Shown here: piece after piece, positions 11,608 to 23,257 of the stretch | Position numbering within the stretch: position 1 is the stretch's first letter | Layout of the letters: the number at the start of each line of letters is the position of its first letter | Source of the DNA: Tubiluchus corallicola | Taxonomy: Eukaryota; Animalia; Priapulida | Direction of reading: 5' to 3' | DNA length: 63,946 nucleotides | Assembly: GCA_030141605.1 (NCBI GenBank) | Contig: JAQGDQ010001088.1 | Coordinates: 1 to 63,946, forward strand | Notes under the pieces: generated by a model | Database searches by the model: none | What the model was told of the DNA's origin: nothing | What the model saw: the letters and a program-made list of their open reading frames with translations, nothing else | Position numbers and translations under genes: made by a program

Positions 11608-13404
11608 CAGACCAATATTTTTACTAAACACGCCGGGAAACAGTTTGTTGAAAACAGCAGTATTAGGCATGATGTCAAATGAGTCATTTCATATGACAAT
11701 TAGCAATATAAAAAACTTTGTGTAAATAAAGCCGTGTGCTCACTGGTGTACAAAAGTTCAATTTAATAGAAAAATATCACAGTATTCACAAAAGATATGG
11801 TGCATACAAAAACCTTATGCAATCCGAATGACTTTTCATACTGGGTAAACATTCAAAACTCATTTTGTAAGTGTAATGTAGTGACTTACGAGAAAAAAAT
11901 TGATTTTACCTGCCAGCACAAAAACTAGTGTTGATATATATTGATATAAATATATTTATATTGATTTGTGCGTCAATTTTTGCGACTGTCAGTTTTTAGG
12001 AAACAGCTGTTGTGAGTTTGATGTCAGCGCCAATAATCAATTTATACAAAATCAATAACTGTTCAATTACTCTAGATTTTTCTAAACGCACTGAAAACGT
12101 TTTTCCTTTAAAGTACACATAATATATAAAGCTTCCCACTACTACTGTTTGTAGTGTGTTACATTTTTGTGAGTAAAATGACTGAAAGTACCAAAGCAAC
12201 ACGCAGCAGTGACAGAGCAGGCCTCAGTTCAGAAAGTGCTTAACCAAAACTGTTTTTTCGTGGCTATTTCCTGTTTTTGCCTGTGAGAATTTAATCAATT
12301 TGTTTGTATTTTTCTTGATTTTTAATTACATCCACAAATGTTAAGGGTTAATGGAGCACATTCGAATTCGATTCGAACCCAAAATTATGGATTCAATACT
12401 TTTAATAGAATATTTGAAACGTACGATCATCACAGTTTATCTGGAATTTCTTGTTCTAGACAAAGTAAGTAAGACTTAGAGCAATAAGCACTGCGCATGA
12501 TTTGCTGCACAGTTTCGATTTGAATTTGAAGCCAAGAAATCTTTTCAATTTCTGGCAGTGTATAGCCACCCCTAATTATTTTCCAAATTCTGGTTAATCC
12601 TGTTCATGTTCATAAAATTGGATTCATATCATTCCATTAACAATACAGCCACGTAAATCTACGAGAATGATTGCTCTTGCTCAATTATAATTTTTTTTAT
12701 TTATTATTATTATTATCACATTCAGTACAATATAACGACATTAAGCACACAGTGACATCAAAATTATTACATCTACTGTAATAAATTATTATGTTTCATA
12801 CACTATCGTTATCATAAAAGAATAATTGTACTGCAGTGGGCTAGAGAAGCAAAGGCTTGTATAAGCCCACTGTCATGTGAACCCGATAAAAAAGAATGGA
12901 TGAGTGAACAAAAAAAGAACAGGGAGAAAGGTTAGATCACACAGGAAGGGTAGAAGGATGTATTAGTGGAAATGGTAGGAAGAAAGATAATAAATTGCGC
13001 TATGTTAACATCAGCTCTAAAGATTTATCAATGATGCCTTGTTTTACATAATCTGTACCAGGATTGTGGTATGACTGATAGATTTATGAAATGATAAAGG
13101 TTTGATTCTTTATTAAAAGTCAACTAATCTTGCAACTTATTTTTAAAAAATGTTTTAAAAGTACAGCAATGTTGGTCTGAAATTCGCCCATCTTCCAGGC
13201 TGCTCATAGCATGTAGGCTGTCACGTAATACGAGAGACGTGCATACATTTTTCAACCATCTTCCTCAATTTTTGTTATTCTAAGCCATTTGTTAAAAAAC
13301 AAATATTTTGTTTTTCAAGATTTATCTCTTTTTACACTGACCATTTATGTTTGGGATTAGTTTTACAGTTAGTAACCAGGATAGATGTGAAGAATTGAAT
13401 ACTC

Positions 13405-13922
13405 TTAAAGATACCTGAAGTAGGTTTCAGAAAAATCACCTTAAAAATTATATTACTTTGCAGCAATTTTATGCATATATCGTATTCATGTTGAAAAGAA
13501 TTTTTGTTTGTTTTCATTTTAAATCTCCCGCAATACTGTTCCCACGGCGCCATTACATGACGTCACCTATGCAAACGTATATCAGGGGAAGAAAAGGCAA
13601 TGTTAAATTATGACCCAAAAAACTTTCCGGGCAAATCTGTATTACTTAGCATTTCGCTCACCTGCTGGAAAGACTTATGCAATTAGAAATAATAATAAAA
13701 TGTTTATGCCAATTGGTAAAATGTCTCTGACTCACCCTCCAGGGTGCACCACTCACTAACCAAAAACGTATTATTAATCTTATTGACAAGATACAGTAAT
13801 ATAAAAATTTGCTTAGTTAGCATTATGTGTCCTACGAATGCTCTGATTATTTTTTCAAACTTTACTTAATGTTATCAAAACTTGTTTCAAATGACTTATT
13901 GTCAAAATGGCTGCGCCTAACT
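13405..13922. repeat. Dispersed repeat (probable non-autonomous DNA transposon), copy 1
   Basis: Inverted homolog at ~48084-48587, e.g. GATACCTGAAGTAGGTTTCAGAAAAATC and CTGACTCACCCTCCAGGGTGCACCACTCACTAACC. Confidence 0.75.
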
Positions 13923-14087
13923 CGGGAGTTTAACTTACCACGTTTTATACAAAATTACAGCAGACACAAGCCCTGCACGCAAAAACGAATTTCAAGACGA
14001 ATTTTTTAGCTTTATGTAAGTGGCGATTTTCTTGTGCATTAACATGTTTTTCAAGATTCAAGAACTTTATTTTGAAAGAATGAGAAT

Positions 14088-15634
14088 GTATGTCTCGGAT
14101 CAAAGTGGTAACTATTTGTAGGCCTACCTGTGCATGTCTGGGATCTAAATGCTAACTATTTGTAGGCCTACTTGTGCATGTCTGGGATCTAAATGCTAAC
14201 TATTTGTAGGCCTACTTGTGCATGTCTGGGATCAAAGCGGTAACTATTTGTAGGCCTACTTGTGCATGTCTGGGATCTAAATGCTAACTGTTTGTAGGCC
14301 TACTTGTGCATGTCTGGGATCAAAATGTTAACTATTTGTAGGCCTACTTGTGCATGTCTGTGATCAAAATGGTAATTATTTGTCGGCCTGCTTGCGCATG
14401 TCTGGGATCTAAATGCTAACTATTTGTAGGCCTGCTTGCGCATGTCTGGGATCTAAATGCTAACTATTTGTAGGCCTGCTTGCGCATGTCTGGGATCTAA
14501 ATGCTAACTATTTGTAGGCCTGCTTGCGCATGTCTGGGATCAAAATGCTAACTATTTGTAGGCCTGCTTGCGCATGTCTGTGATCATAATGCTAACTATT
14601 TGTAGGCCTGCTTGCGCATGTCTGTGATCAAAATGCTAACTATTTGTAGGCCTGCTTGCGCATGTCTGTGATCAAAATGCTAACTATTTGTAGGCCTACT
14701 TGCGCATGTCTGGGATCAAAATGCTAACTATTTGTAGGCCTGCTTGCGCATGTCTGTGATCAAAATGCTAACTATTTGTAGGCCTACTTGCGCATGTCTG
14801 GGATCAAAATGCTAACTATTTGTAGGCCTGCTTGCGCATGTCTGTGATCAAAATGCTAACTATTTGTAGGCCTACTTGCGCATGTCTGGGATCAAAATGC
14901 TAACTATTTGTAGGCCTGCTTGCGCATGTCTGTGATCAAAATGCTAACTATTTGTAGGCCTACTTGCGCATGTCTGGGATCAAAATGCTAACTATTTGTA
15001 GGCCTGCTTGCGCATGTCTGTGATCAAAATGCTAACTATTTGTAGGCCTACTTGCGCATGTCTGGGATCAAAATGCTAACTATTTGTAGGCCTGCTTGCG
15101 CATGTCTGTGATCAAAATGCTAACTATTTGTAGGCCTACTTGCGCATGTCTGGGATCAAAATGCTAACTATTTGTAGGCCTGCTTGCGCATGTCTGTGAT
15201 CAAAATGCTAACTATTTGTAGGCCTACTTGCGCATGTCTGGGATCAAAATGCTAACTATTTGTAGGCCTGCTTGCGCATGTCTGTGATCAAAATGCTAAC
15301 TATTTGTAGGCCTACTTGCGCATGTCTGGGATCAAAATGCTAACTATTTGTAGGCCTGCTTGCGCATGTCTGTGATCAAAATGCTAACTATTTGTAGGCC
15401 TACTTGCGCATGTCTGGGATCAAAATGCTAACTATTTGTAGGCCTACTTGCGCATGTCTGGGATCAAAATGCTAGCTATTTGTAGGCCTACTTGCGCATG
15501 TCTGGGATCAAAATACTAACTATTTGTAGGCCTACTTGCGCATGTCTGTGATCACTGGGATCAAAATGCTAATTATCTGTAGGCCTACTTGCGCATGTCT
15601 GGGATCAAAATGCTAACTATTTTTAGGCCTACTT
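14088..15634 (+). repeat. 44-bp minisatellite with an 88-bp dimeric higher-order core
   Basis: Unit GGGATCAAAATGCTAACTATTTGTAGGCCTACTTGCGCATGTCT. CCTG..GTGATC and CCTA..GGGATC variants alternate from ~14640 to 15420. Confidence 0.97.
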
Positions 15635-16063
15635 AGAATTTTTCGCACTCGACACGTTTTCTATCCCATCTATTTGATTTTTTGAAAAATTTGCCCAAAT
15701 ATCATGGAAAACATACAGTTAATTTTGCTTTCTACAAACAAATTGGATAAAACGTGTCATAATAATACACATTCTTTTATTTACCTTTCAGATGTCGTGT
15801 GTACATTAATTCTTGCTACTATTGACAAAATATCATGACGCATGGAACGGTAAGCGCAAAAGCGCTTAAAATGTCCAAAAGTCGATAAAATAAACGTGCA
15901 AAATCACAATTCAAATGCAAAGCAAGCACCAATAATGCACAGGCATAATGGCATTGAAACTGCAGGTTAAAAACATCAAATGTGCCAATATGGTTACAGT
16001 GACATCAATATTTACAAATGAATATATTATACGAAGAATAAAATGTCAATGCATGTGCCGCTA

Positions 16064-16324
16064 TCACAACCGCTTTAGCGTTCGCTTCTTTTTCTTGTCC
16101 AGTGATTTTTTATCGCCGGCGTGTTTTTTGGCCATCGGGCCGTCCGGAAGTGATTGAGAATTTGATTCGAGGTTTTCTTTCGACGACTGAGGACGCGACG
16201 CGTGAATCTCCGTCATCATTTTTGCCCGCTTGCAATATTCCTGGTAATGTTCCAGCAACAGTTTACCTGCCTCTTCGTTTAGCGCAGATTCCGGGTTTGG
16301 AACGATGAGTAAACATTTTATCGT
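16064..16324 (-). CDS. UBE2S: Ubiquitin-conjugating enzyme E2 S, exon 4 (terminal)
   Basis: [27 protein letters not shown]...KKHAGDKK...KKRTLKRL-stop, the diagnostic UBE2S C-terminus. Acceptor ctacag, phase 0. Confidence 0.96.
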   Translation of the reverse strand, partial: TIKCLLIVPNPESALNEEAGKLLLEHYQEYCKRAKMMTEIHASRPQSSKENLESNSQSLPDGPMAKKHAGDKKSLDKKKKRTLKRL

Positions 16325-17454
16325 CTGTAGAAAATCAAAAATCAATAATGCAAAGTAAGAGAATTAAGCTAGAGTAAACATCTTGCAACTTAACATGACA
16401 AGACCAAGACATGACAAAATTTGTCAAACTATTACAGCATTTTACATGTTACCAATTGTGTGCTTGCATAGCAAAGTCGTCCATAAGTAGGCAATTAAGC
16501 TTTTCTAGTTTACCCTGAATACCCCGCATACCCTGAATCTCTATTTCATAACGATCATTTTGATACCAAGTTCAACGCTCTATGTGATTTTTAAGCTGAG
16601 ATAATCCACGTTGAAGTTGAGGTGCACGCTACGCACAGAAAATTGCTATTAAAGTCAGCCATTGTTTTTTGTCGCTTCTCTTCAAAACAGTTAGCAACCA
16701 CATAAAAGTGTGGTTGCTATGGATTTTACAAGAGCACATTGAAGTTATGTGTAAATCCAATAGATGGCTCTTCCTGACGAAGATCTAGGTTTGTCAACAG
16801 AAAATACCCGATACAAAATGACTGCTTCCACGAGCTTCTATCGGAAAGTTTTTTGTAATTGCAGTACTAGTCTCTAGCCAGAAAAGTGAATACAGGGTTA
16901 TAAAATTAAATTTTTAGTATTTTTTGGAGCTTTTCTTGATAATTTGATGCTAGAATATAAAAGTCTGATATATTTAGCATTTGTTTTTAACAAAAATTAA
17001 CAGATTTAAAAAATTAACTGTGCATTTTACTTTGAACCATCATAACGCAGTTTTAACTATGCCGACTTAAGGGCAGTTTCGGTTTGCAAGCACCTAATTA
17101 ATAAAGTGTAACATAATAATTTGCTATTTGAATTGTTTTTCTGCATGGTTTAGCTGTATGAAAATTAAATGACTTTGTCCCTGTGTCCTTTCAATTTTTA
17201 TAGGTTTTTTATGTTTTAATTTCTTTATTAATTTCATAATTGCTGAGGTCAGGTAATCAAGGTATGATTAGTCACAAATTTTAAAGCTGTTGATTTTTTG
17301 CTAAATGCTAAAACACAATAAGCTGCAGTTTGTAAAGCTTAATCTTTTTGTGAACTTTTAGATGTCACCACTTGATGCATAATATATTACCAGAACTGTT
17401 TACAGATTTAACAGATGATGTCGCCACCTATTAAAATCTGTATTAACTAACATC

Positions 17455-17974
17455 CAGGGATGAGAATGACAAATTGTAAAAAACTCTGAAACAGGCCGGG
17501 GGTTTTGGGGCCACCTAGGCCCCCAATGGAGTTCAAGGGAAGCCCCCTTGCAGCCAGCAACAAATTGCAATTTTGTGACCATAGAGAGCCTCTAAGTGGA
17601 CTTAAAATATCAATTACCTTGTTTCGTGCATAATTTAAAATACCCAACTATCAAGGATACATGATACCTAATTGTCTCAAAAACGCCCAAGTACTGGCCG
17701 CTCCTATGCAAAAGTATATAAAAACTGTCTGCAATTCACTCAAATAACTCCTCACAATTGATTCTATATTTTTATACATAAAGATATACACGTGGTTACA
17801 CTGATGTACGTGATGTATACAAAGTGACGGCCTGCCAACTAGCGGTCAGTTTGTGAAATAATGTACTGGGGCCGTAAAAATTTTCTCAACGAATTTACGC
17901 GATTTACAAAAATGGCACTACTGGTCTTCCAAAAACTCGGAATTCCGCGTATCCGCGGAAAATTCTCATCCCTG
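17455..17974 (-). mobile_element. hAT-like MITE (520 bp), copy 1
   Basis: TIR CAGGGATGAGAAT...ATTCTCATCCCTG with AACATC duplicated in the flanks. Homologous to 57704-58223 and 39480-39901. Confidence 0.85.
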
Positions 17975-18012
17975 AACATCAGCCAGCATACCTTTAACTC
18001 TTAACCACTTAC

Positions 18013-18203
18013 CAACAGAATGTGTTTGATTCCTAACTCTGGTTTCCAGTCTTTCTTCAGGGTGTTCACGCATATTTCACCGTTTGCCGCGACGTTCGGA
18101 TGAAAAACTTTGGTCAGAAAGAAACCTCTAGGGGGAACGTGAGGAAAGTCTTTGCCAAGAGACAATTTTATTCGGAAATATCCGCCGGCGTATGGAGTTC
18201 CCA
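18013..18203 (-). CDS. UBE2S: UBE2S exon 3 (catalytic Cys)
   Basis: GTPYAGG...[20 protein letters not shown], with ag/gtaag boundaries and consistent phases. Confidence 0.96.
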
Positions 18204-19485
18204 CTGAAAAGCAAAAACAGCTTTAGAGAAGTAAACAAATTCTGATGATAAACAAAAACCATGGCAGTTACTGCAATGAAAAACAAGATAAAAATGATAC
18301 TAGACAGAGAAATGATTGAGTGAGCATGAGGTTAAAAGCAACGCCCACGCTCTGGGCAGTTTAGGTGATATTGAATGTTTATCTCACAGAGAGAATGTAG
18401 TCGCATCTGAAAATGGCTGAAAACCTCTGCTGGTTCAGTAGCTCATCTTAGAGAATTAGAACCCTGACGGTTAGCCACAACAATTCACATTTAGAAAGTC
18501 TTACTACTAAGTGTTCAACTACAGTTTGCAGTTTAATGAGTTGCATAAAGAAGACGAAGCAAATGCACTCAGACAACATTAAAATTAAATGCGCCATTTA
18601 AAAGTTTAATAAGACGACTGCTACTTTACTGTTGTCGCTGAAGTATCTTTACTGGTATTACTGAAGACAAGGGCTTATTCGATGGAGAGGGTTGTGGTGA
18701 GACCAGAACCTATGCCACTAATATGGATAATCTCTTAAGATAAAGCAGTGAACTGACAAAGCCACGTTCGGATGTGTATACATGTATGTCCTTCTTCAAA
18801 ATGCCCACAATACCCATCATGGACAGCAGAGGAAAACCCTCAGTGATAGGACTGAAACAAGCAATCGTGCATCCATTCACAGACCAGGCTCAAAGTTGCT
18901 TAACATCAGTTGCTAAGCACACACAGTGACAACTCGACTATATTCCTTGCATTGTCTACAAAATGATGACAGTTACTCTATTTAGTATTTAATTAAGAAA
19001 ACAGCTGAGCACAGTGTTCAAATACAACACGATCATATTTTTTTTAAAAAAATTATCCATCCTCTTAAAGGGGAAGGAAAGGGTATGCCCCCAAAAAAAC
19101 TTTCGATACAAACTTATATTACTTAACATCACTCTTTCTCGTTCGAATGACTTATGTAACTGGAAGAAAATTCTTGGTAATTTAAGAAATATTCACACCA
19201 ATTGGCTCAATATACCATTATGCACAACAAAATGCTACCAAAAACATAATGTTGTACTTATTTAATAACATCCACTTTTGCCTCAAAAGTTGCTGAAGTA
19301 ACTGAAGTGTGTACTGCGAATACCTTGATTAATTTCTCAAACTTATGCAATGCTATCTAAGCTTGCTTCAGTTTCACCGACAATGGCCGAGCCTATCTGT
19401 CAGCAAGGGAGCTTAAATTTAGCATAAGTATTATGCTGATCTTATAGACTACGTGTGCAGTAACACAGAGCGCATAGACGAAACA

Positions 19486-20017
19486 GACTACGGCCATATC
19501 ACGTTGAAAACACCGGTTCTCGCCTGATCACCAAAGTTAAGCAACGTAGAGCCTGGTTAGTACTTGGATGCGTGACCGGCTAGGAATACCAGGTGCTGTA
19601 GGCCTGCGGGATGCCCACACTGTATCTCGACACTAGGCAGAGGAGCTGCACAAGCAGCCAACGGCTAGAGGGCGGAGGAGGTCAAGTGAACCAACGGCCA
19701 CATGTAGAGGAGTAAACCTTCCAAATCAGGAGTGGAGCCCCGAAGGCGGACCAGTGCACTATGCTCACTGACTCCGGCAGCTCCTGCAGCCAACCTGGTG
19801 CCAAACGAATCGCTCCGCTTTCCTTTGGACTACACCAGCGACGAAGAGAGGGGGTTCCTGTTGTCTGGGCAACTCAGGATCTCCTACACATTGCCCAGAC
19901 GTGTGCCCTAGAGTGGCCATTCCAGTTTTTCAAAGATCGGACTGCTCAGCCACAGTCGACGCTGCAGGTCCATTGGCGCACACTCCATTGTCTTCCGAGA
20001 CAGAAGGATGCCAACAA
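19486..20017 (+). mobile_element. 5S rRNA-derived SINE, long copy: 5S head 19486-~19604, body and RTE-like tail
   Basis: Full-length 5S-like sequence with box A (AAGTTAAGC) and box C (GGATGCGTGACC) and no oligo-T terminator. The tail translates as SKIGLLSHSRRC and SIVFRDRRMP. Imperfect flanking duplication AGACGAAACA/AGATAAAACA. Confidence 0.85.
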
Positions 20018-21521
20018 GATAAAACAAAATTCAAGAGAACTTTTTTAGCTTTATGTAAAAGCTCTGCTTTCCTGTCCATTAAACAAGAGTCTCAGAATAT
20101 GATATAAAAACCCAGACAACATGGGCTCACTAAAGGTGGTAAATCCCATTAATTTATCCATTGATCTTCTCACTCTTCCAAACTTTCTGACAAGATATGC
20201 AAAATAATTTACCCTTACAAGTGCAGTGTTATAGTCTATTCAGTGATATTCTTGTCAGCACCTTCATTCATTAACTATGACCATTTACATAGCAAGGACA
20301 GAAATTATGAAGTAATATAACTATGTGAGTCAAAACAATGCCAAACAGTACTGTACTGTTTGCTGATAATGCAATTGCTAGCCTAGAACACTTTGTAAAT
20401 TTTAGTACTTAAATGTAATGTGCCTTGTGGATGCTCAGAATGGTGAATAAGGCTTGTGAAAGCAAAATTTACAAAATTTATAAATTACAGATACATGTAT
20501 GGATGGATATTTTAGAGTATATGAATTTTCAGAATAGTGGAACGTTAGAGGAATTTTTTCTACAAGTGGACAACATAGCCAGTCTTATCAACTTGACTGT
20601 GCTGAGTCCAAAAAAAACTATTGCCAATTTAAAAACGTAGTGGAACAGTGTCAAAAATACAAAAACCAGGCAGAAAGTTTTTGCACAAATAATATTAGTC
20701 AAAAAAGTACCCAGAAAATTAACATTGAGAAGCGATATGATGTCTATTCCAGGCAGTAGGACGTAAAGAATCCATTTCTATCATTATTATTTCAAAAAGG
20801 CTGTCGCCATTTTCAAAATGGCCACACAACGAAACAAAATGATATTATCCTGATCATGCAAATATATTAACTGATATAGGAGTAAACAACACATGTTCGC
20901 AGTTGGGCAGAAAAAAACTAAATAAACGAGTGACCCGATACTTCGAAATGCAAACTAGTTTATGCTCAAAAAAGTTGAACAAAGTCAATAATATCATTAT
21001 TTCCAACAAAAAATGTCGATGATTTGATTGTTCTTTCAGTTAAGTGAACAACAAGCAGCATAAAGGAGGTGTTTGGCTAACGAAGCATTTCAATTTCAAC
21101 ATAATAATAAATAAATAAATGCTTTATCAAAAGACAAACTAATGCAGCATGTACATAACAATAAGTAGCATTTATAAACAATAGTTTGTCTTCTGATTGG
21201 TTAAGTAATAAAGTGGCATTACATCCACAGATTAGCAGCTTGCCCATTGTTCATTATCCAACCCAGGATGGTCACATTGAAAACCATGTCAAATCATAGA
21301 GTTAAGAGTAAAGCCACCCAACTTTTTCTCCTTTGAAATTTCTCATACAAATAAAAGTACTGTTGTCACAAAGATTATACCAAGTTAGCTGTGTACAGTG
21401 GCCATAGCCTCCCAAAATTCCAAATTTTGCTATAGAATTAGCAAAATTCTATAGGCTAATTCTGTAGCCTATTCTTTTAAATAAGCTCTCACAAAATGGA
21501 CTCTTTCCAAAACTGACTTAC

Positions 21522-21675
21522 CAGGTCCTTCTATGGCAGCCTGAATGTCAGTGATATCCTCCTCATTTGGAAATATGCTAATGCTTTCCAACGGGTTGGC
21601 TTTGAGACTAGCTAGCTCCTTTGAAATTTGCTTGATGACTTGTGGTGACACATTTTCAACATTTGAAGAGCTTGG
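21522..21675 (-). CDS. UBE2S: UBE2S exon 2
   Basis: PSSSNVENVSPQVIKQISKEL...NEEDITDIQAAIEGP. Acceptor tttatag, donor gtaag, 154 nt. Confidence 0.94.
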
Positions 21676-23242
21676 CTATAAACAACAAAGTGTACCAAAT
21701 GAAAGACACAATAACATCAGGGTTGCCACAGAATTTCCCTGTCCAAATATTGATTTTCTATGACCAAGATAAGTAGAAATTGCATTATAAGTAGACATAT
21801 TCAAACATTTTTGTGTATGGACATTTATACATATACTGACATATAACGTGTCGGCACAGTTGCAGTAGTGCTAACGAAATTTCACTGATCACATTAAATA
21901 AACTTTCTTAATCCAATCATTATTTTTGGAACAGAAATCGAAACTGGGAGCCAGCCATATCAAAATTTCATTTCGGTTAACGGTGATTATCTTTGCAATC
22001 CTTTCCAATTTCCCTGACTTTTTGCCCCATTTTCATCATTTTCCCGATTGTTTACCAAAATTATCTTTTTCCCTGACTGTGGGAACCCTGCCACATGTTC
22101 AGAAACATGCAGACAAACAAACAACAATGCAAACACGTGTATATAATGAGCCTACAAAAAAACCTCATTACCATTCCAAACTCAAACCACTATTTGGCAG
22201 GCACAAGTATTGCTGCAGGAATTATGATTCACATATGACTTTCTTTTGTCTAATTCTAATCTGTTGCGAAAAATAATTTCCTTATGTATCAAATTTCTAT
22301 TGCTAGCCTTTTCGTTTTCCACGAAAACACCAGGTATAATCATTTAAGCTGTACGCAACAAGTTTATGCAAGTTCTATTCCTTACGTAAAGTTACGAACA
22401 AATTTAAGAAGATTTTTTACGAAGACTGGGTTATCCAATCCTTGTGTAGCACTAAATTGTTCATATACACAAACTTACTAAGAAACTCGTTCGTAAGATC
22501 TTTACCAAATCGGGCCTCTGACTTGTAAGGATCAGCTACTGGCAAAAGCTGAAGTAAGATGCAGGACAAACTTGACAGTTTTACCATTATCACAGTACAC
22601 CGTTATCCCTTTATTACAATTATGATTATTATCTTTCACAATTTGCCTGTCCACACAGTGGGTTACTGTTAACGCGAAACATTCATGTATCCCACAATGC
22701 ATTTCGACTATATATATATATATATATCATATAAATCAACTCCCTTTGCTTTAACATTGTTACCTGCTTTGGAATATTTTTACAAAAAAACATTCACTGC
22801 TGTTCCCTTGGCCAAAATGTACTCAAGTATGGATAAGTAGTGACAGGTATATAACTTTATAAATATAAGTTTTGTGGTTGCTTGATCTACACATAACATT
22901 TCCTTAGTTTTAATACGATTCTCGATATGCGAATTAACTTATAACTATATAATACTAATCTGTTTAATGTGTGTTCCCTACATCACCTGCATTAGTTAGT
23001 TTGTAAAAAACTGTTAGTGTTATTTAATTGAATAAGTCATCACTGTCAAAATTGGCGTACGATGCATTAAGAAAAACTCTTCTTCCTTACTTTTCTTTTA
23101 CTTGGTAGTTTCAGACTTTGCTTACACAATTTATCTGGGTAATACTCGCAATAATTCTTGTATTAGTTATAAGCGTATTTAGATATTATTAATATTACTA
23201 ATAGTAATACTAATTAATTAGTAACTCTTTTAGTCTACTTAC

Positions 23243-23257
23243 GCCGACGGCGGACAT
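23243..23257 (-). CDS. UBE2S: UBE2S probable first coding exon (MSAVG)
   Basis: AAA ATG TCC GCC GTC GGC|gtaagt. Phase 0 matches exon 2 and gives a 206-aa protein. Confidence 0.65.

Noticed and set aside
19486-19604. Functional 5S rRNA gene
   Set aside because: No oligo-T terminator, several substitutions, and the downstream body is shared with a dispersed second copy, so it is treated as a SINE head.
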